Virus record (IMG/VR): IMGVR_UViG_3300042261_002385
Coordinates: 372,001-436,000 of that record
Length of the DNA: 64,000 nt
Reading direction: 5' to 3' (one strand)
Shown here: positions 40,554 through 49,817 of the stretch, piece after piece
Numbering within the stretch: the stretch's first letter is position 1
Layout: the number at the start of each line of letters is the position of its first letter
Program-made: the position numbers and the translations under genes
Notes under the pieces: generated by a model
Database searches by the model: none
What the model was told of the DNA's origin: nothing
What the model saw: the letters and a program-made list of their open reading frames with translations, nothing else

Positions 40554-40969
40554 GAAAGATTAAGTCATTTAAGTTATTTGAAAGTGATTATCTACCACTA
40601 AATTTTGATTATACACAGTATGATGAAGACCATAAATTCATTTCAGATACACTTTTAGATTTAGAAGACATAGGATATAAAATCAAAATCTCACCAGATG
40701 GAATTTCTAGTCATATAGGAATTAATGAAGAAATGCCATTCTTTATAATTGATAATAAAAAATACTTTAAATTTTCTGATGTTAAAGAACAACTTCTTCA
40801 AATTAAATCTTACTTAGATGATAGATGGTTTAAGTGTGGTGTTCTTTTTGAAGGTGATCCTAAAAGACTAGAAGTTTATATAGATGAAAAAGATTATGAC
40901 TATTTAGATGATTGGTTTCAAACATCAACTACAGCAATCGTAAATTTAGCAGTCTATTTTAATATATAG
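40550..40969 (+). CDS. N-tagged paralog-family protein (MRKIKSFKLFE)
   Basis: ISDTLLDLEDIG motif. Confidence 0.72.
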   Translation: MRKIKSFKLFESDYLPLNFDYTQYDEDHKFISDTLLDLEDIGYKIKISPDGISSHIGINEEMPFFIIDNKKYFKFSDVKEQLLQIKSYLDDRWFKCGVLFEGDPKRLEVYIDEKDYDYLDDWFQTSTTAIVNLAVYFNI

Positions 40970-40972
40970 TTA

Positions 40973-41452
40973 GTGAAACATTTAAAATCATATAAAGTAT
41001 TTGAAAATTCGGGTTCTGGAAATGCCCAATTTGATTGGTTGAGAAAACAAAATAATGAAAGATTTTTTAAGTTAGCAGATATACTTTATTCTGAAGTTTT
41101 TGATGAGTATGATGTTATCGAAAAAAAAGATGAAAGTTTTGATGGCCAAGCCGATCCTACTCACAAATTCTGGGGATTCAATTTATTAAACGGAGGTTTT
41201 GTAAAAAATAAAAGTGAAATCTCAGACACTGATTCTATTAAATCAATTTTCGTTTACAATATACCAGAACACGAAGAAAGTGAATTTTATGAATTGTTAA
41301 AAAGTTTAGATGAAAGAGTTTTTGATTATTGTGAAAAACATTTAGTCGTTACTCAAGAATCATATGTCAATGATTATGTTTACTTTGACTTTATAATATC
41401 TTTCGGAGATGAAACTGCTTTTTATAACGAGTTAGGCGCACCACTTACTTGA
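40973..41452 (+). CDS. N-tagged hypothetical protein (MKHLKSYKVFE)
   Basis: AATATATA 40961; GTG start. Confidence 0.7.
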   Translation: MKHLKSYKVFENSGSGNAQFDWLRKQNNERFFKLADILYSEVFDEYDVIEKKDESFDGQADPTHKFWGFNLLNGGFVKNKSEISDTDSIKSIFVYNIPEHEESEFYELLKSLDERVFDYCEKHLVVTQESYVNDYVYFDFIISFGDETAFYNELGAPLT

Positions 41453-41467
41453 AAACTTGAATAAACT

Positions 41468-41944
41468 ATGAAAAGAATAAAGACATTTAAACTATTTGAA
41501 TCAGTATCCGAACAAATTATAAGAGACATACTCTTAGATCTAACTGATGATAGTAATTTCAATGTTAATATCAAAAAGGTAGATTATCATTTAGAAGTTG
41601 TTATAACGAGGGGTTCTTATTTAGATTCAAGAAAAACAAGAGAGATTCCAGGAGCACCTGAAGCACCAGGTGGATATCCAAATAATTTATTTTTATGGTT
41701 TGAAATCAAAGATGTTATTATAAGATTATGTGAGTATGTTTATTCAGAAACTGAATTAAAACCAATTGAGAATAGACATTTTCAACAATGGTATTTACAG
41801 GCAGAACATTTTTCAAAATCACCATTTAGAATGAAAAATCTTGGTATTGGAAGTGAGTTTGGTATAGGATGGCACAAAGCAGAAGATTTTACTTTAGGTG
41901 ATTTTATTTCTTTTACTGGATTAAAATTAATAATTAAATTGTGA
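41468..41944 (+). CDS. N-tagged paralog-family protein (MKRIKTFKLFE)
   Basis: IRDILLDLTDD motif. Confidence 0.7.
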   Translation: MKRIKTFKLFESVSEQIIRDILLDLTDDSNFNVNIKKVDYHLEVVITRGSYLDSRKTREIPGAPEAPGGYPNNLFLWFEIKDVIIRLCEYVYSETELKPIENRHFQQWYLQAEHFSKSPFRMKNLGIGSEFGIGWHKAEDFTLGDFISFTGLKLIIKL

Positions 41945-42213
41945 GAAGAATAAAGACATACAAATTATTTGAATCTGTTCAAAACTGGATAGAGATTAAT
42001 GATAAACTTTGTAGAGATTTCGAGTTTTCTGATTTCAATGAAGCTTTACAATTCATTAATAAAATATCAGATATTTGTGAATCAGAAAATCATCATCCCG
42101 AAATCAATTGGACTTATAATAAGATAACTCTAAAGTTATCAACACACGATGCAGGAGATATTATCACTGATAAAGATTTCAGATTAGCTAAATTAATAGA
42201 TGATTTAGTATAG
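41941..42213 (+). CDS. phhB: Pterin-4-alpha-carbinolamine dehydratase with N-terminal tag
   Basis: FSDFNEALQF, ENHHPE, LSTHDAG, ITDKDFRLA; extra MRRIKTYKLFES. Confidence 0.88.
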   Translation: MRRIKTYKLFESVQNWIEINDKLCRDFEFSDFNEALQFINKISDICESENHHPEINWTYNKITLKLSTHDAGDIITDKDFRLAKLIDDLV

Positions 42214-42216
42214 GCA

Positions 42217-42252
42217 TAAAAAAACCTCATCAATTGATGAGGTTTATTTTTT
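42217..42252. terminator. Bidirectional intrinsic terminator
   Basis: aaacctcatc-aatt-gatgaggttt between convergent genes. Confidence 0.8.
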
Positions 42253-42255
42253 TGA

Positions 42256-42540
42256 TTACTGTCTTGCTGGAAATATACCTTGAACACAAATATAACTTTC
42301 AATGTATGGTGTTCCATCAGGTAATAAATCACCTTGTCTTAAGTATTGGCCATTAGCATCTTTCTTTCTTAAATCAGGTAGTTTGAAATTTGTTTGACCA
42401 TCGCCTCCAAACTGAGTTCCTAAAAGTGCAAAAAGAGCTTGATTTTGTGCAATACCAATTGTTTGACCGTGGCAAATCATCCAGCCTTGAGTTTCAAACA
42501 TAAAAACAAATTGTTTAATAGTTCCTATAAATTCATCCAT
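42256..42540 (-). CDS. Phage tail-collar domain protein
   Basis: FIGTIKQF..GWMICHGQ..NQALFALLGTQFGGDGQTNFKLPDLR..ICVQGIFP. Confidence 0.85.
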   Translation of the reverse strand: MDEFIGTIKQFVFMFETQGWMICHGQTIGIAQNQALFALLGTQFGGDGQTNFKLPDLRKKDANGQYLRQGDLLPDGTPYIESYICVQGIFPARQ

Positions 42541-42576
42541 AATAAATAATAATTTTAGTTTATATATCTAAAATGA

Positions 42577-43401
42577 TTATCTTAATTTGGCAATAGCTGA
42601 ATTCTTAATCTGACGACATCTTTCTTGACCAACTCCAATCACATTAGAGATTTCAGAAATTGTCATTTCAGAATGACCTGATAGCCCAAATGACATTTCA
42701 ATAACCAATCGTTCTCTATCTGATAAACGAGTAAGTAGTTGTGATATCTCATACTTAACAGAATCAACTTCTAAGTCTTTATCAGTTTCTGAATCAGAAC
42801 TTATTGTATCAATTAAAGTAAGGCTATCTTCATCAAAAGATATTTGACTATCTAATGAACTAACATAAGCAGATGATTTTAAACTTAATTCAATCTTACT
42901 TACATCAACACCTAAAGCTTCAGATAGTTCTTCGGCAGTCGCTGGTCTTAATAACTTCTGTTCTAAGTTGATTTGACATTCTCTAATCTTATTTAAACTA
43001 TTGATTTGATTTAAGGGAAGTCTAATCATTCTGGAGTTATCTGCCAAACTTTGAAGTATTGATTGACGAATCCACCAAACAGCATATGAAATGAATTTTA
43101 TACCTTTAGTTTCGTCAAACTTTTGTGCAGCTTTTATTAGACCAATGTTTCCTTCACTTACTAAGTCAGAGATATCTAAACCTCGACCTTGATATTGTTT
43201 TGCAATACTAACAACAAAACGTAAGTTAGCTTCGACTAATTCGTTTTGAGCTTTGAGACTTCCTTGTTTAATTTGTTTAGCAAGTTCTACCTCTCTGTCT
43301 GGAGTGATAAGTTGTTTAGGATTAATGTCTTTTAGATATTTATCAAAAGACTCGGAATCACGGTTAGTGATTGATTGTTGGATTTTCGTAGTGTTTCTCA
43401 T
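42577..43401 (-). CDS. Sigma-70 family RNA polymerase sigma factor (short Bacteroidota RpoD/SigA type)
   Basis: LVEANLRFVVSIAKQY, DLVSEGNIGLIKAA, KFISYAVWWIRQSI, region 4 ERCRQI; lacks region 1.1; ATG at 43401. Confidence 0.92.
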   Translation of the reverse strand: MRNTTKIQQSITNRDSESFDKYLKDINPKQLITPDREVELAKQIKQGSLKAQNELVEANLRFVVSIAKQYQGRGLDISDLVSEGNIGLIKAAQKFDETKGIKFISYAVWWIRQSILQSLADNSRMIRLPLNQINSLNKIRECQINLEQKLLRPATAEELSEALGVDVSKIELSLKSSAYVSSLDSQISFDEDSLTLIDTISSDSETDKDLEVDSVKYEISQLLTRLSDRERLVIEMSFGLSGHSEMTISEISNVIGVGQERCRQIKNSAIAKLR

Positions 43402-43513
43402 ATAATATAAATATACTATATAGACGTAAAAAGTCAATAAAGGTTACCAAAATTAACAATTTTTTTTGATTTTTTTAATTAAATATATACTTTATTAAAA
43501 AATAATAATTATA

Positions 43514-43750
43514 ATGAAACATATTAAAAATTATAGATTGTTTGAATCAGCTGGTCCAGAAGAAGCTTGGAGAGAATTATTCAAAAATTGGGATGGTAAA
43601 AGTCCGAATGCTCCATGGCACTATCAATATGATGAGTTCAAAAAAGAGCTTCAAGCAGAAGGTAAATGGAAACCTGAATGGGATAAGAGTTTTAACTCTT
43701 CACGAGACCAAGCACAAGAAGATTATCTTACACATTTTAACAGACATTAA
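43514..43750 (+). CDS. N-tagged hypothetical protein (MKHIKNYRLFES)
   Basis: AATATATA 43482; terminator at about 43757-43784. Confidence 0.7.
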   Translation: MKHIKNYRLFESAGPEEAWRELFKNWDGKSPNAPWHYQYDEFKKELQAEGKWKPEWDKSFNSSRDQAQEDYLTHFNRH

Positions 43751-44073
43751 ATTAAAGACCTCATTAAAAAGATGAGGTTTTTTTATGCTGTTTAATTTTT
43801 TTGTTTATCTTTGTCTTATTACTAACAATTTAAATTTATCATTATGGAAAACATTAGAATGACTCCTGAACAGGAGCAAAAAGTAGCTGATTATGTATAT
43901 CTTAAATACAAACAGTTTGAAAAGAAAACTTTGATTATCAAAGATAAAGGCACACACTATGAAGTATTAGCTCACAAAGATGGTTCACCACTTATCTTAG
44001 GAAAAGATATTTTTTAAATCTCATTTGAAATTTAAAAAAATTATCTTAAATTTGTATAAAACTATATTACCGT

Positions 44074-44520
44074 ATGAAAAACAACTTTAAAACAAAATGG
44101 ACTCGATTCAAACGTAAATTCATTGTAGCCTGGTATGGCCTTAGTGCAACACGAAGAGATTCTAGAATCCAAAAACCTAAAATGTCCGAGACCGAAGAAC
44201 AAGCAGCCAGAATTTGGATTAAAGTAGTCCATCAAAAAGATTCTGATTTAATGTATAATCCACAAACACACGAAGCTTATGCGCTCTGGGAATCACCAAG
44301 TGGAACTGTTTACCTATTCTTAGAAGCAGGAAACCTTAGAGTTATCAATACCGTTGTAGGTTATGATATCAGATTAAGCTCACAAGTTGAACAGTGGTGT
44401 GCTAGTATCTTCTCACGAGAAGTGGCTAAACGTAGAGCGAAGTTTCGTAAGAATGCTGAATCTAAAGTAACACACTCATTAGATAGTCTTGAGACTAGAT
44501 TAGAAACACTTGAGAAATAA
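44074..44520 (+). CDS. Hypothetical protein, first gene of a host-promoter operon
   Basis: TAAATTTG 44047. Confidence 0.65.
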   Translation: MKNNFKTKWTRFKRKFIVAWYGLSATRRDSRIQKPKMSETEEQAARIWIKVVHQKDSDLMYNPQTHEAYALWESPSGTVYLFLEAGNLRVINTVVGYDIRLSSQVEQWCASIFSREVAKRRAKFRKNAESKVTHSLDSLETRLETLEK

Positions 44521-44735
44521 TGTTATATGTTGTTAAAGTAAAAGATAAAGATTTGTTTTTTACTCGTGATGATTCAGATGAATGGATTTCTGAAATCCCA
44601 CTTATTGTTACTTTAAAAGAAGCCGAGACCATTATGACTTGGGCGAAAACAAAGATACCCGATTTGTCAGAAGATAATTGGTATCAAAAACAAGATTTAG
44701 AAATTAGACAAATAACATATCAAATTATTTAATCT

Positions 44736-44898
44736 TAGTGACCGTTAGTTGCACTAAGCTCTATGTCAAGATAGAGAATATAATCAATTAAGACTTGACT
44801 CAACTTAATTGTTTCGCTATTGACACTGAGCGAACGGGGTTTAAATCCACCTGTCTGTAAGATGGGGTCCAGAAGATGGGTGAATCAGTGTCTTTTTT
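44736..44898 (+). ncRNA. Candidate structured ncRNA (multi-stem junction with kissing loops, then a long hairpin)
   Basis: Stems ctctat/atagag, caattaag/cttaattg, tagtga/tcgcta, gacactga/tcagtgtc; loops GTCAAG and CTTGAC are complementary. Confidence 0.55.
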
Positions 44899-44907
44899 AT
44901 TTTAACT

Positions 44908-45171
44908 ATGATAGTATTCAATACAATAAAGAAAGCAGAACACTGGTTAAAGTGGTATTCTAAACATAACGATTATCATAGAGATGGTTATGATTGGGAA
45001 TCTGTTTCAACTTATATTGATGGAAATCTTGTTGTAACTCGTCACCAAGGTGATGGTTGTGGGTGTGGATGTGACGACCATCATTTTGATTTCATCACAG
45101 TTCATGGTAGAATTAAAAAATTCGATACTAAATCTATTCGTGGTGAAAAGATAAATGACTTAGGTGTATGA
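44908..45171 (+). CDS. C-tagged hypothetical protein (IRGEKINDLGV)
   Basis: GCGCGC motif. Confidence 0.65.
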   Translation: MIVFNTIKKAEHWLKWYSKHNDYHRDGYDWESVSTYIDGNLVVTRHQGDGCGCGCDDHHFDFITVHGRIKKFDTKSIRGEKINDLGV

Positions 45172-45371
45172 TAGTTAAATGTAAATCAGATAATGACTCT
45201 GTTGGTAAACTTAAAGGCTTGACTATTGATAAATCATATACAGTTACTGGTATTGATAAAATAGGGTATAGAATAGTTGATAATGAATTTAGAAACTATT
45301 GGTATACAAAAGAATTGTTTTATCCGATAGATGAAGAAAGAAATAAAAAATTAAATGCCTTAGGAATATGA
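45168..45371 (+). CDS. C-tagged small beta-rich protein (ERNKKLNALGI)
   Basis: MIVKC..LTIDKSYTV..YRIVD pattern. Confidence 0.65.
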   Translation: MIVKCKSDNDSVGKLKGLTIDKSYTVTGIDKIGYRIVDNEFRNYWYTKELFYPIDEERNKKLNALGI

Positions 45372-45701
45372 AAACCCCAGATGAAATTAGATTAGAAGAA
45401 ACTAAAAAGTGTAAAGGATACACTAATAGACAATTACGTTTTAATCTTATAATTTATAACTTCTTTAAATTTCTTTTTTCAAGAACATTTATGTTTATTT
45501 TCTATGCTACACTAATCGTAATAATGTCAATGTTTATGATGGTTCCAATCGAAATTAGAATCTTCTTTGGTCTTATATCACACTTTATTCTTTTTATGGT
45601 ATTTGATCCACTGATAAGTAAGTTTGTTGGTGTAGACTATACCAAAAAAGAAATCAATATCTTAATACAGGTCAATAAAGAGATTCTAAAACAAAGACTA
45701 A

Positions 45702-46181
45702 ATGAAAGAAGTTGAAATCCTTTTAGACATCATAAATAAACTTCCAGGAGTCGAAGTTACTGGTCATATCTTAGACAGATCTTTTGACCAAATTAAATCA
45801 AAATGGTCAGGGCCCCTTATCTTTTTACATATAGATGAAAGTGAACAAGAAGGTTTATTCTTCTTAACCAGAGTATTAGATAAGAGATATTTTCAACACG
45901 GACATCTTTGGAGAATCGAACTATCAGTTGGAGACCTTAATTATAACAATGGTGATAGACCAATCACCTATCAGATATTTAGACCACTAGTAGGAATCGA
46001 AACTGAAGAAACATTAGTCAGGGAATATAGTGACTTGATTGAAAACATGGTTTATCATTTCAATCACAGTGAGTTTATGGACTGTTATAGAATGTGTAGA
46101 GAAAAATATAGTAATAGTAGACTTCATTGGACTAACGAGGCTTGGTTAAGAAAAGATAAATTAAACAGATTAGGAATATAA
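45702..46181 (+). CDS. C-tagged hypothetical protein (LRKDKLNRLGI)
   Basis: ORF track. Confidence 0.65.
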   Translation: MKEVEILLDIINKLPGVEVTGHILDRSFDQIKSKWSGPLIFLHIDESEQEGLFFLTRVLDKRYFQHGHLWRIELSVGDLNYNNGDRPITYQIFRPLVGIETEETLVREYSDLIENMVYHFNHSEFMDCYRMCREKYSNSRLHWTNEAWLRKDKLNRLGI

Positions 46182-46205
46182 ACAAAAATTAAATAATTTA
46201 GGAGT

Positions 46206-46553
46206 ATGAATAATTTTTTAGATGATACCGATATTTTTATAAAGGATAACTTAGACTGGATATTAGCTGGTAACTATGATGATAAGTTTAATAAAGAACA
46301 GTTAGATAAGATGATTGAACTAAGTTTTCTTTATAATCATATGATATTAGAAAACGATAAACTTACTTTTGAGTATAGTAAGTATCAAATAAATCTAACT
46401 AATCTTTATGAACAATATAGTGAGTTGGTTTATCAATTAGGTAGAGAAGGAGTAAAGAATATGATTATCACTACAATCACTTCACAGGACCAATTTAAGT
46501 TAGCTTTTAAATCATTCTTAAGAGATAGAAAGATTAATAAAATTATCGAATAA
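46206..46553 (+). CDS. C-tagged hypothetical protein (LRDRKINKIIE)
   Basis: ORF track. Confidence 0.65.
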   Translation: MNNFLDDTDIFIKDNLDWILAGNYDDKFNKEQLDKMIELSFLYNHMILENDKLTFEYSKYQINLTNLYEQYSELVYQLGREGVKNMIITTITSQDQFKLAFKSFLRDRKINKIIE

Positions 46554-46559
46554 TCGAAT

Positions 46560-46701
46560 ATGAGAAGAAGACATCCAGAAATTAAAGGGTATAAAAGGGT
46601 ATATTCTTATTTTAGATTATTCCGGTAATCGAAGACCACTCGGAACATTTGAACCGTAAGACGTGATAAGAGATAAGAAGTTAAAGAAACTTGGAATATA
46701 A
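46560..46701 (+). pseudogene. Decayed gene remnant ending in an intact C-tag (IRDKKLKKLGI-stop)
   Basis: Tag codons 46666-46701 are preceded by an in-frame TAA and an aaagggtat duplication. Confidence 0.5.
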
Positions 46702-46723
46702 ATGAAAAGATATCTATAGAAAT

Positions 46724-47041
46724 ATGAAATGTTATAAGCTAGTCGATAACACACCAGTTAAATGTGAATTAGATGAGATAGATATGAAGGATAAAACTCT
46801 TTGGTATGATGATTTCTCAGGAGTTCAAGTTTCTACTGTATTCTTAGTTTGGGACCATTCATTCGGAAATGGAGCACAACCAGTTCTTTTTGAAACAATG
46901 GTGTTTGGTGGCGTCTATAATGACTATCAAATCAGATATAATACTTATGAAGAAGCCGAAGCAGGTCATAAAGAAACGTGTTATATGGTTAATAAAATAT
47001 CTGATGATAGACAAAAAAAATTAGATGATTTAGGTATCTAA
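46724..47041 (+). CDS. C-tagged phage protein (DRQKKLDDLGI)
   Basis: VSTVFL..PVLFETMVFGG..RYNTYEEAEAGH phage hypothetical motif. Confidence 0.7.
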   Translation: MKCYKLVDNTPVKCELDEIDMKDKTLWYDDFSGVQVSTVFLVWDHSFGNGAQPVLFETMVFGGVYNDYQIRYNTYEEAEAGHKETCYMVNKISDDRQKKLDDLGI

Positions 47042-47208
47042 AATTTGTATTATCAAATAATTTCCTTATCTTTGTAGTGTCAGAAAAGATAACGGTTGCC
47101 GACGATATCAAAGTATGAAGGGCGGGGGTAAGACCACGAAGTAAATCAGAGGCAGGCTGCCTTTTTAAAAAAAAAGAACTTTTCTACTTTGTAAGAGTAA
47201 AATTAATA

Positions 47209-47796
47209 ATGAAAATAGTAAACAATAGAATAGACTTCTTAAACGAAGTTAAGACACTCATACCAGACAACCCAACGTGTATTGAAATAGGAGTAGAAAA
47301 AGGAGATTTTAGTAAACTACTTATACAATATCTGACACCTAAAAAACTATTCTTAGTAGATCCGTGGCAAACCGGTCACGATAAAAACTCAGAACCTAAT
47401 TATGGAACAGTGTTAAATAGTTTACCAACCGCTTACTCTACAGAACAAGATTACGCTTCTATCTTAACTCATTTCTATAAAGATATAAAATCAAATAAGG
47501 TTATTGTAAGACCGGACTTCTCATATAATGTAGTAGATGATTTTCCTGACAACTATTTTGACTTTATCTATATTGACTCCTGTCACCTTTATGATTCTGT
47601 TAAGGCAGATTTAAATGATTTTCTACCTAAATTAAAAGTAGACGGTATAATGGCCGGTCATGACTATTTTAACTATGATAACTTTGGCGTAATCAAAGCA
47701 GTAGACGAGTTCTGTATTGAACACGGTTTTGAAAAAATAGTAATGGCTCAACCATCTTGGGATTGGGCACTTAGAAAAACAAATCTTAATTTCTAA
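47209..47796 (+). CDS. Class I SAM methyltransferase (Methyltransf_24-like)
   Basis: IEIGVEKGDFS, LVDPW, FDFIYIDSCHLY, GIMAGHDY. Confidence 0.85.
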   Translation: MKIVNNRIDFLNEVKTLIPDNPTCIEIGVEKGDFSKLLIQYLTPKKLFLVDPWQTGHDKNSEPNYGTVLNSLPTAYSTEQDYASILTHFYKDIKSNKVIVRPDFSYNVVDDFPDNYFDFIYIDSCHLYDSVKADLNDFLPKLKVDGIMAGHDYFNYDNFGVIKAVDEFCIEHGFEKIVMAQPSWDWALRKTNLNF

Positions 47797-48234
47797 CTAT
47801 TATTTTGATTAAATAATAAATATTAAGTATATTTGTGATATGAAGACATATTATTTAATCGTAAGTCTATTAGCAGTTATTGGATTATCTCAATTGCTAT
47901 CTGACTATCCTATCTTAGTTGGTTTAATTTCATTTGGAATCGCTATTGGTTACTCTAATGAACTGCACATACTTAAACAGAAAACTAATAAACAGTAGTC
48001 TATGAAAGTATTCTTTGAATTAGAAGTAGGGTTATTTGACCGTGCTTCAATAAGAACGCAATTAAATAACTCTAAAGCAAAACTCGAATATTGGTATCCC
48101 CAGTGTCGTGTTCTTCTTACAGAAGATAAGAATTGGTTTGAATCAAAGTTTTATTTTGAAGCTGATGGTTTACCAGATACGGCTAAACTACATATGCAAC
48201 ATTGGCTAGGTAAACTAAAGAGTTTAGCAAAATT

Positions 48235-48603
48235 ATGATAGAAAAACTATGGAATGATATTAGACTTATCTATGACGGTTATAATTTTAAGAGTAATTCA
48301 TTAGTAGATGATCTAATGATTGTCTCACAAGATAACTATTACATAGTAAATTTCAGCCGTTCGGATAGCCTGTCTAAAAAAAGAATCACTACTCAAATAA
48401 GAATCGAAAAGAACTATAATTTAGTTAATATGTGGTCTATAGGTAAACAATTCGATGATAGATACCACAATAAAACAGATTATAAACTCACGGTTCAAAC
48501 AAATAATAAAATAGAAGTAGATGAAAACCACAAAATTGAATTAGCATATAAAATAATCACACCATTCCTAAGAGAAGTTAAACTTGCTAAGATTATAAAC
48601 TAA
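48235..48603 (+). CDS. C-tagged hypothetical protein (LREVKLAKIIN)
   Basis: ORF track. Confidence 0.65.
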   Translation: MIEKLWNDIRLIYDGYNFKSNSLVDDLMIVSQDNYYIVNFSRSDSLSKKRITTQIRIEKNYNLVNMWSIGKQFDDRYHNKTDYKLTVQTNNKIEVDENHKIELAYKIITPFLREVKLAKIIN

Positions 48604-48607
48604 AGAT

Positions 48608-48892
48608 ATGGATTTAGAACAAATGATACAAAGATGTCCTGACATCACTAAACTTACTCAATCTTTGCTTAATGAAGTGGCTATAAAAAAAACCGGTCAA
48701 GAACTGAATTTCAATCTAACATTCATTGAGAACGGATATGATGATTTAGATGTAATTGAATTAGTAATGGAAATCGAAAAGATATTAGATATCACTATAC
48801 CCGATGATGTGGTAGATGTAATTATAAAAGGAAAACCACCACGTTTCACCGAGTGGATTCGAAATGAAAAGATTAGACAACTTGGCTTATGA
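48608..48892 (+). CDS. Acyl-carrier-protein-like protein lacking the phosphopantetheine Ser, C-tagged (IRNEKIRQLGL)
   Basis: GYDDLDVIELVMEIEKILDITIPDD vs canonical GADSLDTVELVMALEEEF..IPD. Confidence 0.7.
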   Translation: MDLEQMIQRCPDITKLTQSLLNEVAIKKTGQELNFNLTFIENGYDDLDVIELVMEIEKILDITIPDDVVDVIIKGKPPRFTEWIRNEKIRQLGL

Positions 48893-49292
48893 TAAAAAAA
48901 GTCAGTGATACACTCTTTGGTATATGGGGTCTTTGCTTATTTGCAATAAAATGGGTATTAGGATTTATATGGTGCCAAACTACCGGTCATAAATTCACTA
49001 CTATACACTATTCTAAAAAAAGTGGTGAATCACTCGAAATATGTGAACGTTGTTTAAAAACAAGAATAAATTATTGATATTGTAAATAATTTTAACTATA
49101 TTTGTAATTATTAACTATCAAATCAAAACCACTATGAAAGGAGACCTAAACGAAATTGCTATCAAATCTATTATACAAGGAGTTATTGCAAACGCTATCA
49201 TAGTTATTAGCGTCACTCTATACCAACTGATTTTCTAATACAAAAATCTGTTCATTTTTCTGTATATTAGAAAATAATCCTTATCTTTGTGT

Positions 49293-49817
49293 ATGAAATC
49301 AACCGTAATTAAACACATCGAAAAATTATCTAAAAACACCATCCCTACGCCAGATGCCGCTGGTAACTTCTATGAATATCCACTACAATCCCTATTCACT
49401 ATAACACACGGTGGAACTAAATCCGGCCACGTAGACCTTATCACATCAGGTAAATTTATCATTACCGAAAACGATTTTAAAGTTGATAAAACATTCGCCT
49501 CAATGTCTATGTCCAGTAAAATTGGAAACCAATACAGATATAAATTTATTGTAACTATTAATGAACCTAAAGAATCAGATATTAAAATCACAGGTTCTGA
49601 AAAAGCCCTTTACTCTGGTGTCTACAAAAAAGAACACACCTTTATGTTTAATTCATTTACTGATGCTAATGAATTCTACTTACATATGAGTGATAAATTA
49701 AACCTAACCAACGATACCTATAAAAATAGGAGATATACTCAATTGGTTAATGATAATGCACCAGAATTCACCAAAGACGTTTATTTAGACTTAATTAGAG
49801 AGTTCAATGTAATGTAA
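49293..49817 (+). CDS. Hypothetical protein, probably leaderless transcript
   Basis: ATG 3 nt after TATCTTTG 49282-49289. Confidence 0.65.
   Translation: MKSTVIKHIEKLSKNTIPTPDAAGNFYEYPLQSLFTITHGGTKSGHVDLITSGKFIITENDFKVDKTFASMSMSSKIGNQYRYKFIVTINEPKESDIKITGSEKALYSGVYKKEHTFMFNSFTDANEFYLHMSDKLNLTNDTYKNRRYTQLVNDNAPEFTKDVYLDLIREFNVM

Noticed and set aside
44736-44820. tRNA gene (cloverleaf-like appearance)
   Set aside because: No TTCRA T-loop, D-loop GG, 7-nt anticodon loop or CCA end; kept only as an unknown ncRNA candidate.
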